Source of the DNA: an uncultured Nitrospina sp.
GTDB taxonomy: Bacteria > Nitrospinota > Nitrospinia > Nitrospinales > VA-1
NCBI GenBank assembly: GCA_913045445.1
Contig: CAJWQP010000002.1
Span: 5,184-69,183 of the forward strand
DNA length: 64,000 bases
Direction: 5' to 3'
Made by a program: the position numbers and the translations under genes. The notes below the pieces were generated by a model that was not told the origin of the DNA, made no database searches, and saw only the letters and a program-made list of their open reading frames with translations. Of the stretch, positions 9,770 through 18,046 are shown one piece after another (position 1 is the stretch's first letter; the number at the start of each line of letters is the position of its first letter).

Positions 9770-10813
9770 TCAGTCCAGTTTTTTCCCCATATCCAGCGCC
9801 AGGTTCCTTAATACATCGGGCCTGTCTGTCACAATTCCATCAATCCCAAGGTTGATCAGGCATCGCATCTTTTCCTCATCGTTAAAGTTCCAACTGATCA
9901 TTTTAATATATTCGGAAGTACTGTTTCTGTAGTTATCGCGAATTTTAAAATCCAGACTCAACACATGTTGATAGATAACCCACGGATCCATAGGGGGCGG
10001 ACTGGCAAGTATGGGCATGGCTGAAAGCCCTATCTCAGCAAAACCGTTTCTCAATTCCATGGCCCGTGGGATAGTTGTGAAACGATGGTAATTCACAACT
10101 CCAACCGCTGGAATTTCCTGATCATAGGAAAACATAAAATCACTGAATTGATTCTTTATTTTTTTTAACGCATCTTTATATGGAATTGAAAATACCAGTT
10201 GAAAGCGTTGCGGAGAATCAAGGCTATCCATAATTGCTTTTATCTTTTTCAGCATAACCGAGAGCAAAGGTATTTCCTCTCTGGGCACTCTGAACTTCAG
10301 CAAAACCAACTGGAGTTTGTCTTGGTGTTGCGCCCATTCAATAAATTCTTGAAATGTCGGAATCCGGGCCCTGGATTTGTAATGGGTGATTTTCTCCTCA
10401 TACCCATACTGAGCCCTTAACTGTGACAAAGTAAGTTCACTAGTTTTTTGTCTCCATCTTGAGTGACTGGGTGGAGGGGTAGAAGGTAAAAATTTGACAA
10501 CAGGCTCCCTTCCCCCCTGCCTGATTAGAGCTGTTGGGCTATTCGGGTCCCAATCGTGCCATAGCACAACCTTCTTATCGTTTGTAAGAGAAAGGTCTAT
10601 TTCCAGCGAGTTGGCTCCATCGATATCTAAAGCCTCCTGGAACGCGGGAAACGTATTTTCTGGAAACTTGGTAACTGATCCTCTGTGGGCAATCACCCAA
10701 AAATTATCCTGAGGATACAGAGAGCCCATCCTTGTCGGACATTTCGCAAAGCTATAATGGGAGGATATGAAAATGGTCACCGAAACGACCATCAGACATA
10801 CGAAGGCTTTCAT
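9770..10813 (-). CDS. glycerophosphodiester phosphodiesterase-family protein, secreted
   Basis: N-terminal signal-like peptide. VIAHRGS...FPENT..AF...SLEIDLSLTNDKKVVLWHDWDP matches the GDPD catalytic N-terminal motifs. Confidence 0.7.
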   Translation of the reverse strand: MKAFVCLMVVSVTIFISSHYSFAKCPTRMGSLYPQDNFWVIAHRGSVTKFPENTFPAFQEALDIDGANSLEIDLSLTNDKKVVLWHDWDPNSPTALIRQGGREPVVKFLPSTPPPSHSRWRQKTSELTLSQLRAQYGYEEKITHYKSRARIPTFQEFIEWAQHQDKLQLVLLKFRVPREEIPLLSVMLKKIKAIMDSLDSPQRFQLVFSIPYKDALKKIKNQFSDFMFSYDQEIPAVGVVNYHRFTTIPRAMELRNGFAEIGLSAMPILASPPPMDPWVIYQHVLSLDFKIRDNYRNSTSEYIKMISWNFNDEEKMRCLINLGIDGIVTDRPDVLRNLALDMGKKLD

Positions 10814-11094
10814 TGATTCAGAACCGGACCAAAGACGGTCAGAGACATGTTGTATCTATCATTGATAAGCTTTTCCGCTTGTTTCTTTACACTCGCCTGA
10901 ATAAGCCCAGACAATCCCAAGACACACCATAATACTGACCACCCACTTGGTTACGTTAGAAGTTTTTTTAACAGGCTTTGGTCGTCGCTTTTGGCAGTTC
11001 TGGGCTCTCGCGTTTCACGAACCGGGGGTTCTTTTATGGGAAGGGGTTTTCTCGAGTCCTTTCTGCACCTCCTCCTTGGTCTTTCTTCAGCCAT
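10810..11094 (-). pseudogene. small basic-N-terminus/single-TM ORF interrupted by one in-frame TAA
   Basis: The ATG at 11094 has a gagg SD. An in-frame TAA lies at 10951-10953. The same frame continues through a hydrophobic stretch (WSVLWCVLGLSGLI) to a TGA that overlaps the GDPD start (ATGA). Confidence 0.3.
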
Positions 11095-11205
11095 GAATAA
11101 ACCTCATATATTGACCATTTTCAGATTTCATCATGAATATAATCCCGCAAACCTCTATCATCCCTTTAAAATTTCACTGTTTGAAAGATGATTAAATGAA
11201 TAGAC

Positions 11206-11934
11206 CTAATCCCCCTCATCCATATTCTCAAACGTATTCTGTGAGGTCCATTTGACTTTTAGATAATCAGGCAACAGGGTACTCTTATCGATACAGGCAT
11301 CCTCTATCTGTTCCCAAGTCAGCCCCACTACATAGCGCAAATTGGCTCCACGAAGGTCGGTTCGGATGAGGTTCGTGTCTTTTAAAAAGGCCCGGTTAAG
11401 GTTTGCCGTGTGCAGACTGGCATCTTCCAGGTTTGCGCCCTCAAGCCGTGTTCCCGTAAGGTCTGCTCCTGCCATCTTTGCCCCTATTAAAATGCATTCC
11501 TGCATTTTTGCCTGGGCACCTTTAATATTTTGAAGGTTGGCACCACTGCAATCGGACTTTTTGAACCAGGCTTTAAATAGCGCGCACTCCCTGAGGTTCG
11601 CTTTGGTGAGGTTGGTCTCGCTTAAGTTGGCCCCACGGAGGTCGGCGCGTCTGAGATAGGCTTTATGAAGGTTGGCTCCTCCCAGATTGGATTTATTCAA
11701 GTCCGCTCCGCTGAGATTTGCGTTGCTCAGATCAGCTCCGCTCAGGTTGGATTTAGAGATCTGGGAATTGCTGAGGAATATACTTTTCAAGTTGGCATCT
11801 CGTAAATCGGAGCCAGTCAATATCGCTCCAGCCAAATCAGCGTCTTCAAGATCGGCTCCCTTAAAGTCAGCATTTGGAAAGTATTTTTTAGAACTTTCGA
11901 GCTTTTCTTTGAGCGTTAAAGTATTTTCTCTCAT
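11206..11934 (-). CDS. pentapeptide-repeat protein
   Basis: Long run of A(D/N)LxG-type pentapeptides (ADLSGANLSGADLNKSNLGGANL...). Confidence 0.85.
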   Translation of the reverse strand: MRENTLTLKEKLESSKKYFPNADFKGADLEDADLAGAILTGSDLRDANLKSIFLSNSQISKSNLSGADLSNANLSGADLNKSNLGGANLHKAYLRRADLRGANLSETNLTKANLRECALFKAWFKKSDCSGANLQNIKGAQAKMQECILIGAKMAGADLTGTRLEGANLEDASLHTANLNRAFLKDTNLIRTDLRGANLRYVVGLTWEQIEDACIDKSTLLPDYLKVKWTSQNTFENMDEGD

Positions 11935-12052
11935 TCCCGTTCCTAATAACCTGTAAAATTTTTAAAAATGTACATCATTTTATCGCCATTGGATCACTTT
12001 TTCAATGACTGAAACCCCGTAGTCAGAGGGAACAGAGACAGCCAATTAGCTT

Positions 12053-12368
12053 ATGCTAAATGCTATTTATCATTTCGATATGGGTGAAGCATTTTCTCCT
12101 TATGCAGGATATGGCATTGGTGCCGCCTTCCAGAAGCATCACTTGAAGGATTCAGTGATGGATCACACAGAGCGTTTGCCTACCAGTTTAAAGTGGGAAT
12201 TGACCTGGAGCTCTCGCAAAATATGGGCCTTTTAATGGGATACAGGTTTTTCTCAACGGATAATCCAAAATTCGGGTTTTTTACCGGTAAAATGACCACT
12301 CATAGTCTGGAAGCGGGAATAAAATACTTTTTAACCGGTCCTGCCGAAGTAAAACCCTGCCACCTCTG
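12053..12368 (+). pseudogene. remnant of an outer-membrane beta-barrel protein (OMP_b-brl type), N-terminally truncated and frameshifted
   Basis: Frame A gives ...FSPYAGYGIGAAF. After a -1 shift near 12150-12172, frame B gives AFAYQFKVGIDLELSQNMGLLMGYRFFST...HSLEAGIKYF. In-frame stops lie upstream of 12053. Confidence 0.55.
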
Positions 12369-12552
12369 ACCAACCTCGTTTAGCCTGATCACTATTCTCG
12401 TAAAATCATTTTCCATACACCCCGATATTGAGTTTTTCCAGTGAACCACCCTGAGGAGCTTCCCTTATTGCCATAAAATCGAATCTCAGCTATTATTCAT
12501 ACGAAACAAATAGTTTATATAGTCCGTTTAATTTTCCCCTAAGGAGATAAAA

Positions 12553-12831
12553 ATGTCATCAGCGTGCGCACGCCATATTCTTGTGGGTAGCGAAGAAGAA
12601 TGCCTTAAACTAAAAAGTGAAATTGAGGCGGGTACCGACTTTGCCGAATCTGCAAAGAAATTTTCAAAATGCCCATCAGGAGCTGATGGAGGAGACCTGG
12701 GTGAGTTCCGCCCCGGACAAATGGTGCCCGAATTTGACACCGTAGTTTTCAATGAAGAAGTGGGAAAAGTTCATGGCCCGGTAAAAACACAATTCGGGTA
12801 TCACTTGATAGAAATCACCAGTCGAACGTAA
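12553..12831 (+). CDS. ppiC: parvulin-type peptidyl-prolyl cis-trans isomerase
   Basis: 92 aa. ARHILV...FAESAKKFSKCPSGADGGDLGEF..GQMVPEFD...GPVKTQFGYHLIEI. An aaggag SD is present. Confidence 0.85.
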   Translation: MSSACARHILVGSEEECLKLKSEIEAGTDFAESAKKFSKCPSGADGGDLGEFRPGQMVPEFDTVVFNEEVGKVHGPVKTQFGYHLIEITSRT

Positions 12832-12874
12832 TTATCAAAATGCATACTTTCAATTTCCAGGCAAAACCTGTGAC

Positions 12875-13021
12875 GTGACTGACCCTCAGGACAAAAAAAG
12901 TGTTCCAGAAAAACGCAAGGAAAGCCCGGTATTCACCATCTGGGTTCATGCTGGTTATACGGTTCTCATTATTTCCGTGATCGCATGGATGGTTTATATC
13001 GAGCTCATATTAAGAGACTGA
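12875..13021 (+). CDS. hypothetical small membrane protein (48 aa, GTG start)
   Basis: Charged N-terminus followed by one hydrophobic helix (VFTIWVHAGYTVLIISVIAWMVYI). There is no homology evidence. Confidence 0.2.
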   Translation: MTDPQDKKSVPEKRKESPVFTIWVHAGYTVLIISVIAWMVYIELILRD

Positions 13022-13038
13022 TTTATGCCCAAGCATAG

Positions 13039-13386
13039 TTGGATTTTTCCATTTGGCTCCTGTCCTGCAGTCTCCCCCCCCTGTTTCCTTCCGGCACGAT
13101 AGAAGCATCCGACAGACCCGATGTTGACACAATGGTTTTATTGAAAGCGGGTTGTTTCAATATGGGTAGCGAGGAATTCCCTGCCGAAGAACCCATTCAT
13201 AAAGTATGTGTGAGTGTTTTTTATATGCAGACAAAGGAAGTGACACAGCAGGATTTTTCAAATGCCAGGAAATTTAACCCTTCCGTTTCTAAAGGCGAAC
13301 TGCGCCCAGTAGAAAATATTACCTGGCCAGAGGCTGATACCTATTGCCACCCGGCCAAAACCTGCAATAGCGGATCAACCACTTGA
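13039..13386 (+). pseudogene. truncated formylglycine-generating-enzyme (FGE/SUMF1-type sulfatase-modifying) domain protein
   Basis: MVLLKAGCFNMGSEE..EEPIHKVCVSVFYMQTKEVTQQDF...PVENITWPEADTYC matches only the N-terminal half of the domain. The expected RLPTEAEWE part is absent. A C8 tract lies at 13074-13081. Confidence 0.55.
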
Positions 13387-13401
13387 AACTATAAGGAACC
13401 G

Positions 13402-14115
13402 TCAATTAGGGCCAGAATTTTTTCTATGAGCCGACTGATCCGCCAGAGTCCTTTCCAGCGTTTCAATTTCTGGCTTGGAAAACTTAAAATGAAAGCTCAG
13501 AAAATTATCTTCTGAATTTTTCATATGTCTTAAAATTTTCACGTACTTTCCAAACTGACATGACAGTTTTTCCATCGTGTCTGACAAAGAAGACCTGCCG
13601 CCAAAAACCTCCTTTAAACTGGTGGCCGCCGAGGAATAGTAATATCCACCTTTGTCTATATAGGCATCACCAAGAATATTAGTGTCAGGATGAAACAATC
13701 CCAGGTTGATCAGAAAAAAGTCTGCGTTGACTCGATATGCTATAAATTTTTTCGAACGCTCGCCTTCCTCAACTACCAACTGTCCCGCATCTGCTTCCAT
13801 GCTCACCAGATACTTGTTTGCCAGGGCTTGTGATTTGGGTTTGACTAAATCGGATAGGGTTAAGGTAATGTACTGATTGACATCTTCATCGTACTTCAAC
13901 TGATTCGCTTTGACTTCCTTCCAGTGACGATCCTGCCACTCAATATCCCGATCTTTTTCAAAGATCAGATCAAACCCTTCGTTGGAAGAGCATCCGCTGT
14001 CCATACGTGCCCGCAGAAAGCGGTCAGAGAAAAAGGATTCAGTTGTATCAACATCGCTGGTGTCCAGATGGGTAAACTTTTCAACCATAGCAGGAACCTC
14101 CGTAAATGAAGTCAA
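13402..14115 (-). CDS. hypothetical protein (237 aa), no recognisable domain
   Basis: Long uninterrupted ORF with coding-like composition. No motif was recognised. Confidence 0.5.
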   Translation of the reverse strand: MTSFTEVPAMVEKFTHLDTSDVDTTESFFSDRFLRARMDSGCSSNEGFDLIFEKDRDIEWQDRHWKEVKANQLKYDEDVNQYITLTLSDLVKPKSQALANKYLVSMEADAGQLVVEEGERSKKFIAYRVNADFFLINLGLFHPDTNILGDAYIDKGGYYYSSAATSLKEVFGGRSSLSDTMEKLSCQFGKYVKILRHMKNSEDNFLSFHFKFSKPEIETLERTLADQSAHRKNSGPN

Positions 14116-14207
14116 GTCAGAAATGAAATTGAGTTTTCAGAAAAAAAATATCAAACGAAAATAATCATTACCTCATTTATATTAGTGGCATATGGTAACC
14201 TCTAAAC

Positions 14208-14240
14208 AAAAAAAAGACCACCCTAACTAACAGGTGGCCT
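14208..14240 (-). terminator. rho-independent terminator on the minus strand
   Basis: On the minus strand, aggccacc-tgttagttag-ggtggtct is followed by T8 (the A8 at 14208-14215 on plus). The stem has one internal mismatch. Confidence 0.45.
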
Positions 14241-14653
14241 CTCATATATCCTAATGGCTATACTCTACGAAAAGATAGTTCATGCTACGAATGGGAAAGC
14301 ATCATCACCATATTTTCGTTCGCACTCTTCCCGAAAAATACCTTCAAACATCTCCGCCATGAACCGGAGATTGTCTTTGTGCAAATTTTCTTCAAAATCA
14401 ATACAGCCCTCTTGGTCAATTACGTCACCAAGTCCCCTATTTTCATTCCGTGAAGATTCTCTTTTTACCTCCGTGTAAAAATTATTTAAATTTACCTACT
14501 TAACGGCACAAATGTTTTAAAAATTATCACAACTTTGCAAATCTTATGTAAATCTAAGGCGAAATCTCAGAAATATTTGAAAAAACCTTGATTTACCGTT
14601 CTAATCTGGATAAATAAAAATAATATTTCTTCACCAAGTGACCTGGAGGGTAA

Positions 14654-14812
14654 ATGAAAGAAAAAGTTTCCTTCATTGACGGGGTTGGTTATTTCATTGG
14701 AATTATAGTTGTAAGCTTCATTCTGTTTATTCTCATCTGGCCGATTATCGACCCGACTCCCAACAAGTCTGCAACCTTAAAGGAAAATATTGAACATCTG
14801 ACACCCAAATAA
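14654..14812 (+). CDS. hypothetical small membrane protein (52 aa)
   Basis: Strong SD (ggaggg, 4 nt spacer) and one TM helix (VGYFIGIIVVSFILFILIWPII). Confidence 0.4.
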   Translation: MKEKVSFIDGVGYFIGIIVVSFILFILIWPIIDPTPNKSATLKENIEHLTPK

Positions 14813-14828
14813 CAGAAAAACTAAAAGC

Positions 14829-14915
14829 ATGAACTTGAATGAACTGCAATTGACCCTGGGAGTATTTCTCCTGACCGCTATGATTTATTTCCTGATCAAA
14901 AAGTCTCCTCCATAG
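14829..14915 (+). CDS. hypothetical tiny membrane peptide (28 aa)
   Basis: MNLNELQLTLGVFLLTAMIYFLIKKSPP. It sits in tandem between two other small ORFs. Confidence 0.2.
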   Translation: MNLNELQLTLGVFLLTAMIYFLIKKSPP

Positions 14916-14921
14916 CCCGTT

Positions 14922-15197
14922 GTGCGCCCTGATTATTGTCTGCAATTTGAAACTATCGAATTGGAAAAAAAGGTGATTGTCCGCAGGGAAGGCGATTACG
15001 GTAAGCGGATTTTTGTTAACAGCGAATGGGGAAATTTGATTGCCGGGACCAAAGAGGAGTTTGGTCACTTTCTTGCTCTGTGCCAGTCAAATGGCGTGTG
15101 GGCGGAGATTTATGCTTCTGAGTCGGGAAAGAAACTGCGAACTTTTGAGATCACCATGGGATATAAATTAGAGCACGGCCTACCTATAGACAAATAA
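14922..15197 (+). CDS. hypothetical protein (91 aa, GTG start)
   Basis: ORF immediately after the two membrane peptides. No domain was recognised. Confidence 0.35.
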   Translation: MRPDYCLQFETIELEKKVIVRREGDYGKRIFVNSEWGNLIAGTKEEFGHFLALCQSNGVWAEIYASESGKKLRTFEITMGYKLEHGLPIDK

Positions 15198-15225
15198 GGA
15201 ATCAAAGCTATTCATGGTAACAACT

Positions 15226-16446
15226 CTAACTGTTCGTTATCTTAATTTTAAACCAGGTACGCTTTCCCACCTTGACCACATCATCCAGCGCAAGTTCCAT
15301 CTTTGAGTCATATTCTGGAACTTTTTCTCCATTGATGGAAACAGCGCCCTGTTTAAACAATCGGCGCAGGTCACTATTACTTTTCGAGTCGTTAAAGAAT
15401 TTCTTCAATAAATCAATGGCGACCCAGTGATCCTCCTCCACCTCCAGGACAGGTATATCATCCGGTGTGATTTTTTTGGAAAACGTATTTTCGAACCACT
15501 CCCGCTCACTCTTTGCCGAAGCTTCATCGTGATAGCGTTTTATTATTTCTTCAGCAAGAAACTTTTTCCACTTCATGGGATCGGCGCTAATTTTCTTTTC
15601 GAGCCCTGCTATCTCATCCATCGGTATTTTTGTATAAACCTTCAGATAGTCAACAATCAAATTATCGGGAACCTTCATACAACGACCAAATTTATCACGT
15701 GATGAATGCCCCAACCCAATGTAATTGTCGAGGCTCTTACTCTGCTTCGCCTTGCCATCTATTCCCTGGGTAATTTTTGTGGTAATGATGACCTGAGGGG
15801 TTTGCCCAAACTTCTGCTGATAAAACCGTCCCAGCATTTCGTTAAACAACTGATCCGAACCAATGATTGTTAAATCGGATTCCAGAACATAAGAATCATA
15901 GCCCTGAAGTATAGGGTAAATCATCTCATGCATATAAATATCCTCCTGATTGCCGATACGCCGCTGGAACATATCCCGCGAGATAAGCCGGGCGTGGGTC
16001 ACCATCGCCAGTAATTTCAAAAAGTCTGCCAGTTGATACCCGGAAAACCATTCAGAGTTCCTCCGGATTTCTAACAGGTCAGGGTCATCAAATCGGAGAA
16101 CCATCTTGGCCTGCCGTATAAACTCTTCGGCATTAGCGTCAATTTCCGCCTGGGGAATGACAGGACGAGTATCACTTCTTCCTGTCGGATCGCCAATCTG
16201 AGTGGTGAAATCACCGATAAGAAAAATAACCTTATGCCCAAGGTCCTGAAGTTCACGCATCATCCACAAATTAACCGCGTGACCTATATGTAAAAAAGGC
16301 GAGGTGACATCGACCCCATATTTGATGCGAATCTTTTTTTTCGAATCAAGGAGCGCTTCAAACTCATTAAGCGAGAATATTTCATCCGTTGTTCTGGCAA
16401 AACTCTTCAGTAGTATTTTTTTTGTGCTATCAGACGACATAATCAA
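15226..16446 (-). CDS. tyrS: tyrosine--tRNA ligase
   Basis: HIGH motif (PFLHIGHAVN), KMSKS-like motif (KQSKSLDN), and a C-terminal S4-like domain (LRRLFKQGAVSINGEKV). Confidence 0.9.
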   Translation of the reverse strand: MIMSSDSTKKILLKSFARTTDEIFSLNEFEALLDSKKKIRIKYGVDVTSPFLHIGHAVNLWMMRELQDLGHKVIFLIGDFTTQIGDPTGRSDTRPVIPQAEIDANAEEFIRQAKMVLRFDDPDLLEIRRNSEWFSGYQLADFLKLLAMVTHARLISRDMFQRRIGNQEDIYMHEMIYPILQGYDSYVLESDLTIIGSDQLFNEMLGRFYQQKFGQTPQVIITTKITQGIDGKAKQSKSLDNYIGLGHSSRDKFGRCMKVPDNLIVDYLKVYTKIPMDEIAGLEKKISADPMKWKKFLAEEIIKRYHDEASAKSEREWFENTFSKKITPDDIPVLEVEEDHWVAIDLLKKFFNDSKSNSDLRRLFKQGAVSINGEKVPEYDSKMELALDDVVKVGKRTWFKIKITNS

Positions 16447-16798
16447 TTTCTCAAAAAGAGCCGCAGTGATAATTACCTTCCCTATCCAACGATGGAAGAT
16501 AATAAAAACAAATAGTTAAGCTATCGGCAATAAAAAATAATGAAGGGAGTTTAGGGGTTTTAATGCGGAATGTCAATTGGAGTAAAATTTAATCAAAATA
16601 TTATCAACAAGCGCGAAGCTTTATTTCAACCTGGGGTGGGCTTGATATAAGGGTCAACTCACAACAGAAAAAGATCACACAATGCAATACCGAGTTCGTA
16701 GTTTCCTTCGGGATTAGCAAGGATTACCCGTATTCAGTAAAAACCAATACACTCAAGGAAAATGACATTGCTCTCCCTCTTCTTATCGGGCAATGCTT

Positions 16799-16963
16799 TT
16801 ATTCATCGCGTTTAGACAAACCCGCTATTTCCTTCATCACTTCATCTTTTGTCAAGATGCCTTTCTGCTCTAATATCGCGATAAGTGCCATGATTTCGTA
16901 CCCATTAGCAAGAGTAAGTTCCTACAGACTCACCTCACGACTTGCTTCCGAATTTTCAGCCAT
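16799..16963 (-). pseudogene. small conserved-looking ORF interrupted by an in-frame TAG
   Basis: Strong SD (ggaggtgagtATG). Translation is MAENSEASREVSL*ELTLANGYEIMALIAILEQKGILTKDEVMKEIAGLSKRDE, with the TAG at 16922-16924. Confidence 0.4.
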
Positions 16964-17417
16964 ACTCACCTCCATATCGTATTGCTATACAAACAATAGA
17001 TTTTGAGTCAAAAAACCGCTCCCTCTCCATCCCTCAAATACTTTTACCAAATAAACACAGACAATCTATCAAAGAAACCAGTTTTACAGGGTATGATGAT
17101 GCCACTCTAACACAATAAAAAAATCTTTCTGATCGAAGTAAGAAAAAATTACCTTGTCCCAAGACCAATATAAATCTTTGAATTTTAAACAAATCTCAAA
17201 TTAACGGCTTATGACTAATTTAATGAATAAACAAATTATCCCTGCTAAAGACATCAAAGGCTCAATAAAACAAAAAACCTTATTCATAACCAGCGATCAC
17301 TGCAAATAAATCAAACTTTAAATATCAGTTATCGCATGGTCGATGCTTGACACTATTCCCAGATATATGCTAGAAGGGTTTTCGCATTCACGCATTTCTT
17401 GGAGGAGGGATTGTATT

Positions 17418-17618
17418 ATGGCGAGTGGAAAAGTTAAGTGGTTTAACAACAAAAAAGGCTACGGTTTTATCCACACAGAGGAAGGGGAAGATGTATTCGT
17501 CCACTTTTCAGCAGTCACAGGGGACGGATTCAAAACATTAAATGAAGGACAAGATGTAGAGTTTGAAATCAGTCAGGGGCAAAAAGGTCCTCAAGCTGAA
17601 AACGTAGTAGCTAAATAA
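17418..17618 (+). CDS. cspA: cold-shock protein (CspA family)
   Basis: 66 aa. [14 protein letters not shown] (RNP1) and VFVHFSA (RNP2) motifs. SD is ggaggaggg. The track ORF start at 17343 is rejected. Confidence 0.9.
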   Translation: MASGKVKWFNNKKGYGFIHTEEGEDVFVHFSAVTGDGFKTLNEGQDVEFEISQGQKGPQAENVVAK

Positions 17619-17629
17619 ATTTTCTAATG

Positions 17630-17660
17630 TGCGGCAGGGATCAGGCCCTGCCGCTTTTAA
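17630..17660 (+). terminator. rho-independent terminator of cspA
   Basis: Perfect 9-bp stem gcggcaggg / ccctgccgc with a 6-nt loop, followed by TTTT. Confidence 0.7.
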
Positions 17661-17712
17661 TTCTCCCTCCCCCTTTCGACCAACACTCTCGAAACCAAGG
17701 AAAAGCCACTAC

Positions 17713-18003
17713 CTAACTCAGTTCCCTCAATAATTCCGAGACCTCGGTCAGACGTTGATCGACACCAGGAGGGAGGGGATCCGAAGTAGAGGAAGGCTCT
17801 GCAGGAAAATACCTGGCTAACTGATAATGCCTATCCAGCCGTACCCAGCGTTTTCGATCGGTAGATATTTCGTCGTCTTTCTGCAAACGACCCTCCTTGA
17901 TTTCAGATATCAACGATTGGGTCGATATGTTATATATTACCTGACCCGACCGACGGATGAACACTCGCTTATGCAGAATTTTTGGGGTGGGTTTCTCGTT
18001 CAT
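17713..18003 (-). CDS. hypothetical protein (96 aa), possibly GYF_2-like
   Basis: The ORF lies between cspA and lgt. There is a weak resemblance to GYF_2/DUF4339 (...EIKEGRLQKDDEIS...RWVRL). Confidence 0.35.
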   Translation of the reverse strand: MNEKPTPKILHKRVFIRRSGQVIYNISTQSLISEIKEGRLQKDDEISTDRKRWVRLDRHYQLARYFPAEPSSTSDPLPPGVDQRLTEVSELLRELS

Positions 18004-18046
18004 AGGGAAAATGACTTAGGGTAACAATCGGCTCCGAGTGCCAGGG

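Noticed and set aside
11342-11956. Two plus-strand ORFs (63 and 94 aa) with repetitive SAPLR/FAP-type sequence
   Set aside because: They are antisense translations of the pentapeptide-repeat gene. The periodicity is a by-product of the repeat on the coding strand.
14254-14478. 74-aa plus-strand track ORF (MAILYEKIVHATNGKASS...)
   Set aside because: It has Ser-rich low-complexity translation and no RBS. The opposite strand carries a better, though frameshifted, small ORF followed by a terminator.
17343-17417. Upstream extension of cspA (track ORF start at 17343) and a TTGACA at 17347-17352 as the cspA promoter
   Set aside because: The extension has no homology. The canonical CspA N-terminus starts at 17418 with a ggaggaggg SD. 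No acceptable -10 hexamer lies 16-18 nt after the TTGACA.
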